Assembly (NCBI GenBank): GCA_951406725.2
Contig: OX597827.1
Span: 75,764,001-75,828,000 of the forward strand
Length of the DNA stretch: 64,000 nucleotides
Direction of reading: 5' to 3'
Origin: Octopus vulgaris
Lineage: Eukaryota
Within the stretch, counting starts at the first letter, position 1. Each line of letters begins with the position of its first letter. The position numbers and the translations under genes were made by a program. Positions 12,661-25,314 of this stretch are shown here, piece after piece. Below the pieces are notes generated by a model. It made no database searches, was not told where the DNA came from, and saw only the letters and a program-made list of their open reading frames with translations.

Positions 12661-12849
12661 GAGAGGCACCAACAATTTGTGCTGACAAAAATTTACTCCT
12701 GAATTAAAGAAAATCTCGTTATGACCCAATTGAAACAAATTTGGGACTTCAGCAGAGAAAAATAAATAAATGTATAAGTTTTTAAAAAGAACTGTTTCTA
12801 CATGTAAATTTTTACACAGGGGTACCAACAGATGTACCCTCAACTTGAG

Positions 12850-13090
12850 AAGGTGTGTGGCTTAGTGGTCAGGGTGTTGCACTCATGATCATGAGATTGT
12901 GGTTTTCATTCTCAGACCGAGTGATGCATTGTGTCTTGGAGCAAAACATTTCATTCCCTGTGGCTCCATTCCACCCAGCTGTTAACGAGTAATCCTGTGA
13001 TAGACTGGTCTCTTGTTCAGCAGAGAGCATTGTGATCTTGGTCACATATACACCATGTAAACCAGGTAAATGACCTGGTTGATCCCAGGA
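12850..13090 (+). mobile_element. old tRNA/CORE-type SINE (related copies ~16050-16330 and ~63080-63330)
   Basis: TGGCTTAGTGG A-box-like head, GTGTCTTGGAGCAAAACA core, CCTGTGATAGACTGG shared with the 16050 copy. Confidence 0.6.
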
Positions 13091-13519
13091 CACAAAATAG
13101 AACACACACACACACACACACACACACAGACCTTTATCTTAGAAATACATAGGTGTATCTTCATTTCAGAAATACAAGAGACTAATGAAGAAGTCTCTGT
13201 GTGGTTACATGCCCTACTAGAAATACCAGCCAAACCTCCTTCAAATGACATCCTACTCTCATTGAAGAGAAAGACACATTGGATAAACTGGCTCAGGGTA
13301 CACTTTTCCTCAGAAAAAAGTAGGATAGCCATGGCTGAAGTGTCTTTAATCATAAAGTCTTCATGACCAAGGCTGACTCATAACTAAAGAACAATAAGAA
13401 CAATAACCCACAGATATAAAAGGTACCATATACTTTCTCAGGAACTCTTTGACTAAATAATACCCAGAAAGAAAAAAAAAAAAAATAATAATAATAGTAG
13501 TAGTAGTAGTAGTAATAAT

Positions 13520-13722
13520 CTTTCCTACAAGGCCTGAAATTTGGTGAGAGGGGGATAACCTATTATATTGGCATAGCGCTTGACTTCTACTTATTTCATC
13601 GACCCTGAAAGGATAAAAGACAAAGCTGACCTTGGTAGAATTTGAAATCAGAATTTATAGACAAACAAAATACTGCTAAGTATGCTGTTCTGCCTACTAA
13701 CGATTCTGCCAGATTGCTGCCT
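13520..13722 (-). mobile_element. family-A SINE
   Basis: Reverse-complement similarity; flanked by (TAA)n. Confidence 0.75.
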
Positions 13723-13739
13723 TAATAATAACAATAATA

Positions 13740-13770
<31 letters not shown>

Positions 13771-14111
13771 TCTTCCTTCTTTTGAAAAATATCCCCTCAG
13801 AAAGATAGTATTCCCTATTAAAATACTCAGCCAGACAATTTCTGTCACCCTCCTGTAAATAATACTCATTTAGAAAATGTCCCTGAAAAAGACTCTACCC
13901 CAGTGAATTGTTCACCAAAAAAAAAAAAAGTTCTTTGTAAAAAAATAATACACTGGAATATTTTTGCAGGGCCTGCCTCCTGCTGAGTAGCTTACTCCAT
14001 AAAAACTCTTAATTTATTCTGAATTTCTATTTTGACATGGAAATACTCTGAAGGAAAAGGAACAAAATGAATAAATTCTTCAGTGGCCAATTACGGGAGG
14101 TGTTTCTAGAC

Positions 14112-14447
14112 CAGTGATTCTCAACCAATGTCCAAATGACCCCTAAGGGTCCATATAACATTTTTTGGGGGTTCACACATCAAAATAGTAAATTGGGGAT
14201 CCACAAAGGTAATTTAAGGGCCTCTGAAAAAAATTTGTTATAAATGTATGTATTGCAAGAAATAGGTTTCTTTCTCTAACATTTTACAAAGATCAACCTA
14301 CACAAGTTAATGTGTGAAAAGCAAAATAGGGATTTTGAAAGAGGTTTCTATAATGTTAGATTTTAAACATTGAATGGCTATGGGGGTCTACCAGAACTAA
14401 ATAATAACCAAAGGGGTCCATAGATAAAAAGCGGTTGAGAAATTCTG
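14112..14447. mobile_element. hAT (Charlie-like) MITE
   Basis: TIRs CAGTGATTCTCAACC...GGTTGAGAAATTCTG; imperfect 8-bp TSD TTCTAGAC/TTTTAGAT; subterminal GGGTCCAT motifs. Confidence 0.8.
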
Positions 14448-14474
14448 TTTTAGATGCTCTGCTAATATTACTAA

Positions 14475-14684
14475 CATCTGGAGGTGTCTTCCAGATGTCC
14501 CACTAACTTAACACATGTATCTATCTTTCAAATGTCTCACTACCATCTGGAGGTATCTTCCAGCTGTCCCATTCATATTTGGAGTATCTTCCAGATGTCC
14601 CACCTTACTAGTATATAGAGCTATCTTAATGTCTCACTATCATCTGGAGGTATCTTCCCAGATGTCCCTCTAATATCTAGAGGT
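14475..14684. repeat. ~33-bp minisatellite, about 7 degenerate units
   Basis: Unit approximately CATCTGGAGGTATCTTCCAGATGTCCCACT. Confidence 0.8.
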
Positions 14685-14914
14685 AAACATTTAAGTTTAA
14701 ACTCTTATGTTTCATTGTTTGTATTGTTGTTGTTGTTGTTATTTTGTTGTTTTGGTGTATTTTGTTCCTATATTAAACACATACACACACACAGATGCAT
14801 GCAAACAGGCATACAGTCAATAACACACACACACAAATACATATAGATAAATATATATGTACAGACAAATATGTTTATACAACTCACACACACACACACA
14901 CACACATATAACCC

Positions 14915-15122
14915 CTTTTACTATAGGCACAAGGCTTGGAATTTTGGGGGAGGGGACTAGTCGATTTCATCGACCCCAGTGTTTCGCTGGAACTTAATTT
15001 ATTGACCCCGAAAGGATGAAAGGCAAAGTCGACCTTGGCAGAATTTGAACTCAGAATGTAAAGACAGACGAAATGCTGCTTAGTATTTTCCCTGGCTAAC
15101 GATTCTGCCAACTCACTACCTT
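14915..15122 (-). mobile_element. family-A SINE
   Basis: Full head-core-tail similarity on the minus strand. Confidence 0.85.
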
Positions 15123-16584
15123 ACACACACATATATAATGCGTATGTGTGTGTGTGAGTATGTGTGCATTTGTGTTTTGTGTGTGTGTATAGGTATACAT
15201 ACATGTATGTATGTATGTACATATGTATATGAATGCATACATATATATTTGTGCCTGTATACAGAAACTAACACCTACATCTCTATTGTATTGTCATTAT
15301 CATCATCGCCCTTATCTTTATTTTTAATAGCATAATTAGTTAAACTTAATTATTTATTACCGAAGCACCACCACCGCCACCACCACCAGGATCGTCATCC
15401 TTATCCTTATCTCGTTAACAATATACTCATTTAACTTGAATTATTTATTTAAAAAAGTCATCATCATTATCATCATTAACAACACCACCATCATCATCAT
15501 CGGCATAAGCATTTCCTTCACCAGTGCACACCAAACATATCACTATAATCGCTAACATCTTTATTGACATCATCATCATCATCACTACCACCACCCCTTC
15601 ATCATCATCATCATCATCATTGAGCTAAATAACAATTTGTTTCTCATAGTGAAGTAACTGTAAAACTGTTTAAAATGGGTTTTTTCTTTTTTACTTATAG
15701 GAGGAAAAGAATTAAAATCGGCCTTAGTCAGTCCCAGTATATAGCTGGTGCTTATTTTATCTAGCCTAAAAGTTTGAAATTCTAAGTGACTTCCTTTTCA
15801 TAAAAAAAACAAATTATAACAGTTTAATTAAAATATATTCAATCAGTTTCAAATGTAATTAAGGAATTAGAAAAATATAGCAAACTATTTCTTTGAGTAA
15901 TGTGGAGACTGTAATGCATGAATCATTTTAGACTAGACACAGAGAAATCTGTAACAGAAGTAGTGTGTGTTTTTTATGTAATTCAGAACACCCACCCATT
16001 AGCTCCACCATCAACACCACACAACTACCAGTCAGTCAATGCAGAGATGAAATAGCTTAGTGGATAAGGTATTGGATTACTTACTTTCAGGTTAGGAGTT
16101 CAAACCCACCACAGATATTTCAGTGTGTTCCAGGACAGAACACATTATTCTACATTACATCGGTCTACCATATTGTTTGTGAGAATAGGTACCATATCAT
16201 ATGGGGAATGTTACCTGAGATAGACTGGTGTCATATCCAGAAGCTGATCTGTCTCTCATCTATTTAATAGCATGAAACTGAGTTAATCACTGGTCCTTAT
16301 AAATCCCTTGGGTCTCAGGGGACAGATACTTGCTTTGTTAATCCAAGTAACTTATTGTTTTCTTATCACACCAGTCTCAGAATAATGACAGTCAACCCTG
16401 GTGTGATGTGAACTCAGGACATTGAGATATCAGACTAAACATAGCAAACCACCTACCCATGTGCTCTATTGATTCTGCTATTTTCATTGACCTATTGAAA
16501 TCATGCCAAGATAAACATCACACAATCTCATTTCCCTTACTCTCTACAAATCTTATTATTTGTACCTTTTATTATTATCAAGAC

Positions 16585-16797
16585 ATCAAGCTGGCAGAAT
16601 TGTCGGCACGCCAGGCAAAATGCTTAGTGACATTTCATCTGCTTTTACATTCTGAGTTCAAATTCCATTGAGGTCACCTTTGGCTTTCATCCTTTTGGGG
16701 TCAATAAAATAAGTACCAGTTGAACACGAGGGTCAATGTAATTGACTCATCCCCTCCACCAAAAAATTACTGCCCTTGTGGCAAAAATTTGAACCCA

Positions 16798-16844
<47 letters not shown>

Positions 16845-17360
16845 GAGACGGTGAGCTTGACAGAATCATTCCCATGCCAAGCAAAATGCTGTTAAACATT
16901 TTGTCCATCTTTACATTCTAAGTTCAAATTCTGTCAAGGTCAGCTCTGCCTGTCATCCTTTTGGTGGGGTCAATAAAATAAGTGCCAATTGATCACTTGA
17001 GGATGTGGTGGGGTCAATGTAATCAGCTTCCACTCCCCCAAAATTTTAGACCTTGTGCCTCGCTTCCCAGACCCCAGTCAAACCGTCCAACCCATGCTAG
17101 CATGGAAAACGGATGTTAGACAATGATGATGATTAAAATAAGTCTGTGAGTTGGCAGAATCAGTAGTATGCCAGACAAAACACTGAGCAGCATTTCTGCC
17201 AGCCTTACACTCTGAGTTCAAACTCCACCAAGGTTAACTTTGTCTTCCATCCTTTTGGCTCCAATAAAATCAATACCAGGCAAGTAGTGGAGCCAATTTA
17301 ATTGATAAGCCTTCTACTCCCAGATTTCAGGCCTTGTGCCTATAATAGAAAGGATTATTA
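16585..17360 (+). mobile_element. array of three family-A SINEs with (ATT)n tails plus a short D tail
   Basis: Three repeats of the family-A head and core; D-type tail at ~17060-17135. Confidence 0.8.
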
Positions 17361-17559
17361 TTATTATCGTTATCATTATTATTATTTTCATTATTATTTC
17401 CATTTTACTTCTCAGAACTCTCAATTTTACATGCCTTTGTTAATTCTGTAAGAGCAGCCAGCAACCTGTTGAGAAAGTCTCACAGGGTCTCTTTCCGTTA
17501 TACTTAACAGCCAAGTACTAATCTCAAATTATTATTATTATCATCATTATTATTATTAT

Positions 17560-17950
17560 AAGTTTGACTTTTGCTTTGTATTTATACAAGTGGACTCCAA
17601 GTCTCACCCAGAGACCTCAAGAGACAACAAGTTAGAAGTTCATGTTGGTGTTATGCCTAGGGTGTTATATATTTGGTTTTGCACATAGTATTGTTCTAGA
17701 GAATGTTTAAGAAAACATAAGAAAATTATGAGTTTGTTTTAAAATTTGAGATTATATAGACAGTATTTTACATAGGATATGAACAGTTCCCATGAGCACT
17801 ATCTTTTGAATTTCTGCCATTTTGGGGTTTCCTAGTATCTGAGCTAGGTAGGAATCAGTCCCTTTTGGTATCATTCCCAGGGCACCTATGACAACAGGTA
17901 TTGTTTTAGTCTTCAAGTTCCACATTTTGTCAATTTCTATTTCTAGATCT
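17560..17950 (-). mobile_element. R4/Dong-type non-LTR retrotransposon 3' fragment
   Basis: Translates KDLEIEIDKMWNLKTKTIPVVIGALG...IQKIVLMGTVHILCKILSI*, the typical C-terminus of R4-clade restriction-like endonuclease ORFs; embedded in (TAA)n. Confidence 0.85.
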
Positions 17951-17977
17951 TTATTATTATTATTATTATTATTATCT

Positions 17978-18322
17978 GGCCGTAGCCAGTACCGCATCGA
18001 CTGGCCTCCGTGCTGGTGGCATGTAACAAACACCATCCGTTCGTGGCCGTTGTCAGCCTCGCCTGGCCTCCGTGCCGGTGGCACGTAAAAAACACCGTCC
18101 GTTCGCCAGACTCCCCTGGCACCTGTGTCAGTGGCACATAAAAAGCACCCACTACACTCATGGAGTGGTTGGTGTTAGGAAGGGCATCCATCTGTAGAAA
18201 CACTGCCAGATCTGACTGGCCTGGTGCAGCCTTCGAGCTTCCCAGACCCCAGTTGAACCGTCCAACCCATGCTAGCATGGAAAGCGGACGTTAAACGATG
18301 ATGATGATGATGATGACGATGA
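17978..18322 (+). mobile_element. family-D element (RTE-type LINE 3' UTR) with (GAT)n tail
   Basis: GTGCCGGTGGCACGTAAAAA subrepeats, AGGAAGGGCATCCA motif, CCATGCTAGCATGG hairpin, (GAT)n tail. Confidence 0.8.
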
Positions 18323-18324
18323 TT

Positions 18325-18984
18325 ATTGTATTAAAACTCACAGCTTATATCGCTGGGTATGATGGAAAGTGTCAGCTGTCCACAGCCAGCAGACTAAGGT
18401 GACACTTGTTTTACTGGTCATGCTTCAAGAACCCTGCAAAGAATTCTTGCAGTTCCAAGCAATGCTGATTTTTCTAGCTGTTCTACCTTCACACTTACAC
18501 CATTCTCAGCCATGTTGGTAGTTGAGTGCTGATACTTCCAAGGGCACCAATTACTATTGGTATCATGTCTGCTCTCTTCATTGACCACAACTTTCATATT
18601 ACCCACTTCAAATCGTCGTAGTTGTTTATTTTTTCTTCTTCTTTCTCTTTGATCCTGTAGTCACCAGGGCATGCTTTGTCGATTATCATACATGTTCTTT
18701 CTTTTTTCATTCACCACAACAATGTCTGGTTTCTGATGTCTGGACAGATGACCACACTGGATTATTGCATCCCACAGGATTTTACAGTTCTCATTTCTGG
18801 TGACTTCTTCTGAGGTTTGCTCATACCATGTCTTTGCTCTTTGTGGGCTGTGATTTCCACAGAGTTCCTAATTGATCATTCTTGCCACATTGTCATGGTG
18901 TCTTTTGTATTCGTGTTGTGCCAATTTCGGGCATTCGCTAACGATGTGCCATACCGTTTCACCCCTCTCCCCACACATTCTGCA
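18325..18984 (-). mobile_element. R4/Dong-type retrotransposon fragment (zinc knuckle + RLE endonuclease), disrupted
   Basis: Minus-strand translation CRMCGERGETVWHIVSECPKLAQHEYKRHHDNVARMIN*...KILWD...KPDIVVV...IID...KEEEKINNYDDLK...LEKSALLGTARILCRVLEA*; CCHC knuckle and PD..D motif; stops and frameshifts. Confidence 0.9.
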
Positions 18985-19029
18985 TTATTATTATTGTCTT
19001 TATTATTATTATTACTATTATTATTATTA

Positions 19030-19485
19030 AGGGGGCAAACTGGCAGAATTGTTAGCATGCCAGGCGAAATGCTTAGCAGTATTTCGTCTGCTGCTATATT
19101 CTGAGTTCAAATTCCACCAAGGTCAACTTTGCCTTTCATCCTTTCGGGGTCAATAAATCAAGTACCAGTTGCATACTGGGGTGCTAATTACTTGAAAGAC
19201 TGCTGAAAACTTGTGGATACCTACTGCTACCCACATAAATCCTATCAGGAATAAGACCAAACCAAAACAATAATAATAATAATCTTTCCTACTAAAGGTA
19301 CAAGGCCTGAAATTTTGGGGGAGGGTTAAGTCGATTACATTGACCCCAGTACTTGACTGGTATCTAATTTATTGATCCCAAAAGGATGAAAGGCTAAGTC
19401 AGCCTTGGTGGAATTTGAACTCAGAACATCAAGACGGATGAAATGCCACTAAGCATTTTGCCTGGATTGCTAATGATTCTGCCAT
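19030..19485. mobile_element. family-A SINE (+), short Dong-type 3' UTR remnant, family-A SINE (-)
   Basis: 19185-19270 resembles 20105-20195 (GCTACCCACATAAAT..CAGGAATAAGA). Confidence 0.7.
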
Positions 19486-19494
19486 AATACTAAT

Positions 19495-19893
19495 ACTCTT
19501 TTACTTGTTTCAGTCATTTGACTGCAGCCATGCTGGAGCACTGCCTTTAGTCAAGTAAATCGCCCCCAGGACTTATTCTTTATAAGCCTAGTACTTATTC
19601 TATTGGTCTCTTTTGCCAAACTGCTAAGTTACAGGGACGTAAACACACTAGCATTGGCTGTCAAGCAATGCTAGGGGGACAAACACACACACACACAAAC
19701 ATATACACACACATACATATATATACATATACGATGGGCTTCTTTCAGTTTCTGTCAACCAAATCCATTCACAAGGCTTTGGTCGGCCTGAGGTAATAGT
19801 AGAAGACACTTGCCCAAGGTGCCACGCAGTGGGACTGAACCCGGAACTATGTGGTTGGTAAGCAAGCTACTTACCACACAGCCACTCCTGCAC
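19495..19893 (-). mobile_element. family-B SINE, full length
   Basis: Reverse complement of the family-B consensus. Confidence 0.9.
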
Positions 19894-19911
19894 CTGTTAA
19901 TAATAATAATA

Positions 19912-20195
19912 ACGAAATACAATTCCTTAAAATTTGAAATTGCAGGAATTTGGAATATAAAAACTGTAAAAGTTGTGCCTGTAGTAATTGGTGCATTGGG
20001 AACTGTAAGTAAAGATATAGCGAAATAGTTGAAGGAGATTGGAATCGAGCTTCTACAGAAAGCTTGTCCCTTAAGGGCAGGAAAGATTATCAGGAGGGTT
20101 TGAAGCACTTAAAAGACTATTTAAGGGTTATGGGTAGTAGCCCGCTACCCACATAAATTCTTCCAGGAATAAGATTGAACCTAAGTCAAATCACC
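19912..20195 (+). mobile_element. R4/Dong-type retrotransposon 3' fragment
   Basis: KYNSLKFEIAGIWNIKTVKVVPVVIGALGTVSK...LLQKAC; flanked by (TAA)n on both sides. Confidence 0.85.
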
Positions 20196-20204
20196 AATAA
20201 TGAT

Positions 20205-20242
<38 letters not shown>

Positions 20243-20814
20243 TGATGATAATAATTGTTACAAGTTTTGGCACAAGGCCAGCAAATTTGAGGTGAAAATT
20301 TAGTCAATTTTGTCATAACTGATCCCAGTAAATGACTGGTAATTTATTTTATCAACTTTGAAAGGATGAAAGACAAAGAATAGTAACTGTTTTCAATATA
20401 GGCACAACCCCAGAAATTTATGATGGAAGGGTTAGTTGACCAGTATTTCACTTGTACTTTATTTTATTTCACCCTCGAAACAGTGAAAGGTAAAGTTGGC
20501 TTTGGCTGGATTTGAACTCAGAATGTAAAAATCTAGAATAAGTGCTTTAATGCATTTTGTCTGACACTCAATTCTGCCAATCCATTCGTTGCCCACCCCC
20601 AACAAAAAATAATAAATCTCACTGCACATATTCAAGATGCAGAAAGCTGCGCTCTGGTGTGCAATGAAAGCATGCATTTCAGAAAAAGTTACTCTAATAG
20701 TAATAATTATTTCTAATTTAGGTTCATTTTGAGGGGATGGGCTGCTGTCAGTTAGGCTCAAGGACATGTATATTGAAGGGGGGGGAGACTGATGTAGGTT
20801 ATATTGACCTCTGA

Positions 20815-21046
20815 AGGCGGTGAGCTGGCAGAAACGTTAGTGCGCCGGGCGAAATGCTTAGCGGTATTTCGTCTGTCGTTACGTTGTGAGTTCAAATTCC
20901 GCCAAGGTCGACTTTGCCTTTCATCCTTTCGGGGTTGATAAATTAAGTACCAGTTACACACTGGGGTCGATGTAATCGACTTAATCCCTTTGTCTGTCCT
21001 TGTTTGTCCCCTCTATGTTTAGCCCCTTGTGGGTAGTAAAGAAATA
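20815..21046 (+). mobile_element. young family-A SINE with 15-bp TSD
   Basis: TSD TATATTGACCTCTGA at 20800-20814 and 21047-21061; CpGs intact. Confidence 0.92.
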
Positions 21047-21354
21047 TATATTGACCTCTGATGCTTGATGGCCGGTGCAATGATAAGAGATAAAAGGCAA
21101 AGTCAGCCAGACTCTTAACATCATTTCTGAACTCAGAAAGATGTTAAGAGATCATAATCGTTTGACATTTGCCTTTCAGGCTGGTATCATTTGGACAGTT
21201 TGTGAGGACCTGGCCAAGCTGGAGCCTGCACCAGACTTCTGTGTTTTGGTGGGGTTTTTACAGCCGGATGCCATTCCTAACAACCAACCAACCAGCAGAG
21301 TGAAAGAGATGCTCATACAGCATTTTGCTTAGCACTTAATCCATTCTGCCATCC

Positions 21355-22070
21355 ACCACCATGATGATGATGATGATGATGATGATGATGGGGGTCAGTG
21401 GTGGTGGTGGTTGTGGTGTTGGTGGTTGTGGTGTTGGTGGCAGTGTTAGTGATGGTGGCAAATGATGATGGTCACTATGATTATGATGTCTTACACTCAC
21501 ACCATGCCACAAAGTGATTGATCTGACCTGCCCCCATTGTATAACTGATATTTAGTTTATTACTGGTAATAAAAAAAATAATAAATTTTAAAAAAAAGGT
21601 GTGCAGAATATGAAATGCAAAATTGGTCCTGAATAGAATTTGAACCCTTATCAGGAAAGATTTTGAACAAAATACGGTTAAATCACAAACACAGTTCACT
21701 ACCATCTGTGCTACAGATAAAGGACATTGTTATGACATGACTTCTAAATTGAGCCATCCATTCTCACAATGGTGGTATGAAGGATGGTGGTGGTGATGAT
21801 GATGATGATGATGAGAAAGTGTAAGTGGTGGAGATGGTGGAGAAGAGGTTGTAATGCTGTTCATGATAATGATGGTGATGGTAATAGTGTGAGTGAGCTG
21901 CGACAATGATAATGGTGGTGGTGGTGGTGGTGGTGGTGGCAATGATGGTGATGACAATAATAATGATGGGGATAATAACAATGACAATGGCAATACGGAT
22001 AGCAAAGGTGATGATGTCAAGGATTAAGGTGAAGATGATGACGATGATGATGATGATGATGATGACAAGG
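21355..22070. repeat. (GAT)n/(GGT)n trinucleotide tracts
   Basis: Visible at ~21360-21470 and ~21780-22070. Confidence 0.85.
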
Positions 22071-23000
22071 ACAAACGGTGAAAGCCAGCAGAAAATGTGT
22101 GTAGTGTTATGTTATAAAACTGTGGTTGGTATCAGATTAAAATAAACAAACAAATAAAAAATCAAAGAAAGACCAAAAAACAAAGCAAAAATGTTGTCTC
22201 CATCATTTTGTCTTTCCTTTTCCTTTTCTTTTTCTTTTTTTTTTAAATATGTGGTTTGCAGGTTCAAATAAAGGTCAATCTATGTTGCCTCCTGGATCAT
22301 ATTACTTGAGACTTTTTTCTTCAAATTTCTGTCACCTTTCGAGCGAAAGATGCAAAACCCGGCTGACTCCCTCATCAGCAAAAAAGCACTGATGTATATA
22401 GGTATGTAGGCATGCATGTGTGTGTGTGTGTGTAGATATGTATGGTAAGAAGTTTGCTTCCCAACCACATGGTTCTGGGTTCAGTCTCACTGTGTGGCAC
22501 CTTGGCTAAGTGTCTTTTAATAAAGCCCCAGGCCAACCAGAGCCTTGTGAGTGGATTTGGTTGGTTGGAAGTGAAAGAAGCTTGTTGTATACAAACAAGC
22601 ATGTATGTATGCATGCTTGTTTGTTTGCCTGCATGTATATATACATGCATACATACATACATACATACATACATACAAACAAAAATACCCTGCTGTTGAT
22701 AATAAAATTCCAATGAAGGAGCCTTCAATCTAGGTTAGAAACCGGTTCTTTCCCTATTGGCAAGAAATCTTGAAAGAAACTGAATAATGACATACAACCT
22801 TACAGGCATAGATGCATGCATGCATGCACATACATACATACATACATACGTACGTACGTATCTGAGTCTAAATGAGTCAAGTTTCTGTTAGAAGCCTGCA
22901 AAACTTTAAGTTGCATGAAACTGAATCAAACTCTTTTAAATAAAAATAATAATAATAATAATTCTTAATATTATATATATAGTATTATATATGTGTGTGT

Positions 23001-23395
23001 ATATATATATATATAAAGCTGAAGTTGTCTGTGTATGCCAGGTTTGGTAGCCTTCAACTAACACTTATCTCATCCGAGACCCTGCGGTGCAAGTTGACCA
23101 AAATTGAGAGTATGATAGAAGAAAGGCCTGCTCTTCCTTCCATAGAAGAAAAAATTCAAATCGGACCATGTTAACACCAAAAATTATTTACATCAAAAAG
23201 GTTCTTTTTTTCTATGAAAATCCCTATTTTTTACGATTTTTTGACTGCTGTGTCCCCATTTTTTGGTGTATTTCAACCAGAAAAATGTTCACTTAAAGAG
23301 AATAACAAGCTACATAATGCAAAATTTTTACTTTTCAAAAATTCCAATTCTAAAGGGTCGAAACAAACCCGAGCAACGCCCGGCGGTACTGCTAG
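23001..23395 (+). mobile_element. non-autonomous Helitron-like element
   Basis: 5' TATATATAAAGCTGAAGTTGT and 3' CCCGAGCAACGCCCGGCGGTACTGCTAG|T; ends shared with 32120-32602; 5' TC obscured by (TA)n. Confidence 0.7.
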
Positions 23396-23473
<78 letters not shown>

Positions 23474-23699
23474 GTATTATATGGTATGCAGATTAGTATA
23501 TAGTCCAAGGTATGTCCTTGTGAAGCACATCTTCATATTCTGGGGTTGTATGTAGATGTTATATAATTGTGTGAGGCATTAATAAGAATTGATAAAAATA
23601 CTAGAAAATGGTATTTGCAGAATAATTGCATATGAAAACAAGAGACTGGAAAAAATTATACCCCAAATTTTTTCCAATCTCCTATTTTGATATGTGTGT

Positions 23700-23970
23700 G
23701 TGTGTGTTTTGCACTATTTCCTTGCTTTAATATCACAGGATTGTTCTAAGCAAGTGTCAGCATTGTGCAAGCATTGTCCTTTGTTTTCTATATTCTTTGA
23801 AATGATGTCTGGTCATGGGGAAGTATCACATTACTTGGAAACAGGTGAGGGTTGACAACAAGAAGGGCATCTGGCCACAGACCATCCACTTCAACAAAAT
23901 TCTGCCTGACCAACACAAGCATGAGAAAGTGGACACTAAAATGGTGGTGGCAGCAGTGGTGACAATGACA
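23700..23970 (+). mobile_element. old SINE tail with RTE-type 3' end (related to ~5830-6000 and ~29730-29960)
   Basis: CTTGGAAACAGGTGAGGGTTGACAACAAGAAGGGCATCTGGC...GCATGAGAAAGTGGAC. Confidence 0.6.
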
Positions 23971-25074
23971 TACAATTTAAACACAAATAAGCTTAGAGAA
24001 AAAAACTTAGAATCTTTCGAAGGATGCATTTGAATAATATAGACAAATACAGGTATGTCAAATACCATAAAATTTTAGTTTATTAAAATTATCTCCACCT
24101 CTAGAGAATGTACCATAATTACCAAATGGCAATTAATCCATATAAGCCCAGGAACTGAATCATACTTCTTTGTCTGTTTTGGCATGGTTTCTAAGGCTGG
24201 CTGCCCTTCCAAATGCTTTTATATGTGTAGCAAACTGTATTTTGATACTGCAAAGGAGATGAGGTTGTGATATTTTGGAGACACTGCAAGACTGGAAGTG
24301 TGACACGATGAAGTTACTCGTGGAAGATGTCCATATACAGAAAAGTTGAACAGTGAAAGGACAACGACATTGCTTTCACTGAACTTCTTTGGAAGGGATC
24401 AAGGGATCTCTGGAATATGACTTCCCAGCAAGTTCATATCCAAACAAGTTGGAGCAAGTTTTACATTGTGAAAACACAACCAGGGATATATATATATATA
24501 TATATATATGGGTTAATACCAGCTCCACTTGGTAAGGGGAGATAATCGCAATAATCAAGAATTCTCCAAAATTGAATGCCATTGAAAAAAAAGGACAGGC
24601 TTCGTTTGAAGATAAGAGGACAATAGTATTTAATATTAGAATATAACAAAAATTCGATGTGTTATGAGACTACTTGGTACATATGCACATGTTTATGTGT
24701 GTGTGTGCATGTAGTTATATCACATATCTGCATGTGCATGTATATACTTTTGTAGACGTGGAAGTCTGTAAATATGTATGTACATTCTATGAGGATGAGC
24801 ATGTATGCACATATATAAATGCATGTTTGTGTATGAGAATTTGGATGTGTGTGTGTGTGTGTAGAAATATGCACAAGTATAATGTATATAAATGCCACGG
24901 CTGTTTCCCACAACTCAGTGTCACAATAACGATACCTTAATTCTATAGCATTTCCACCAAAGTCTCACAACTCAATCCCACAACATAACAGCATCTTACA
25001 ACATTGGCACTTTAGTCCCACAACATCCACAATTCAGGATTAGAACTCAAACTGCAAAGAACTGGGAAAAAATA

Positions 25075-25280
25075 CTGGTTTCAAACTCTGGCACAAGGCC
25101 GGCAACTTCAGAGTAGAGGGTAAGTCAATTGCATCAACCCCAGCGCTCAACTGGTACTTATTTTATTGACCCCGAAAGAATGAAAGGCAAAGTCGACCTC
25201 AGCAGAATTTGAATTCAGAACATAAAGACAGACAAAATGCCTCAAAGCATTTTACCTGTCATGCTAACTATTCCACTAGT
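25075..25280 (-). mobile_element. family-A SINE
   Basis: Core CCCCGAAAGAATGAAAGGCAAAGTCGACC on the plus strand. Confidence 0.8.
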
Positions 25281-25314
25281 ATTTTCCTCTCAGTTCTTAG
25301 CAATCTCTTTTACT

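Noticed and set aside
14475-14684. CRISPR array
   Set aside because: Eukaryotic context, no cas genes, and the intervening segments are degenerate repeat units.
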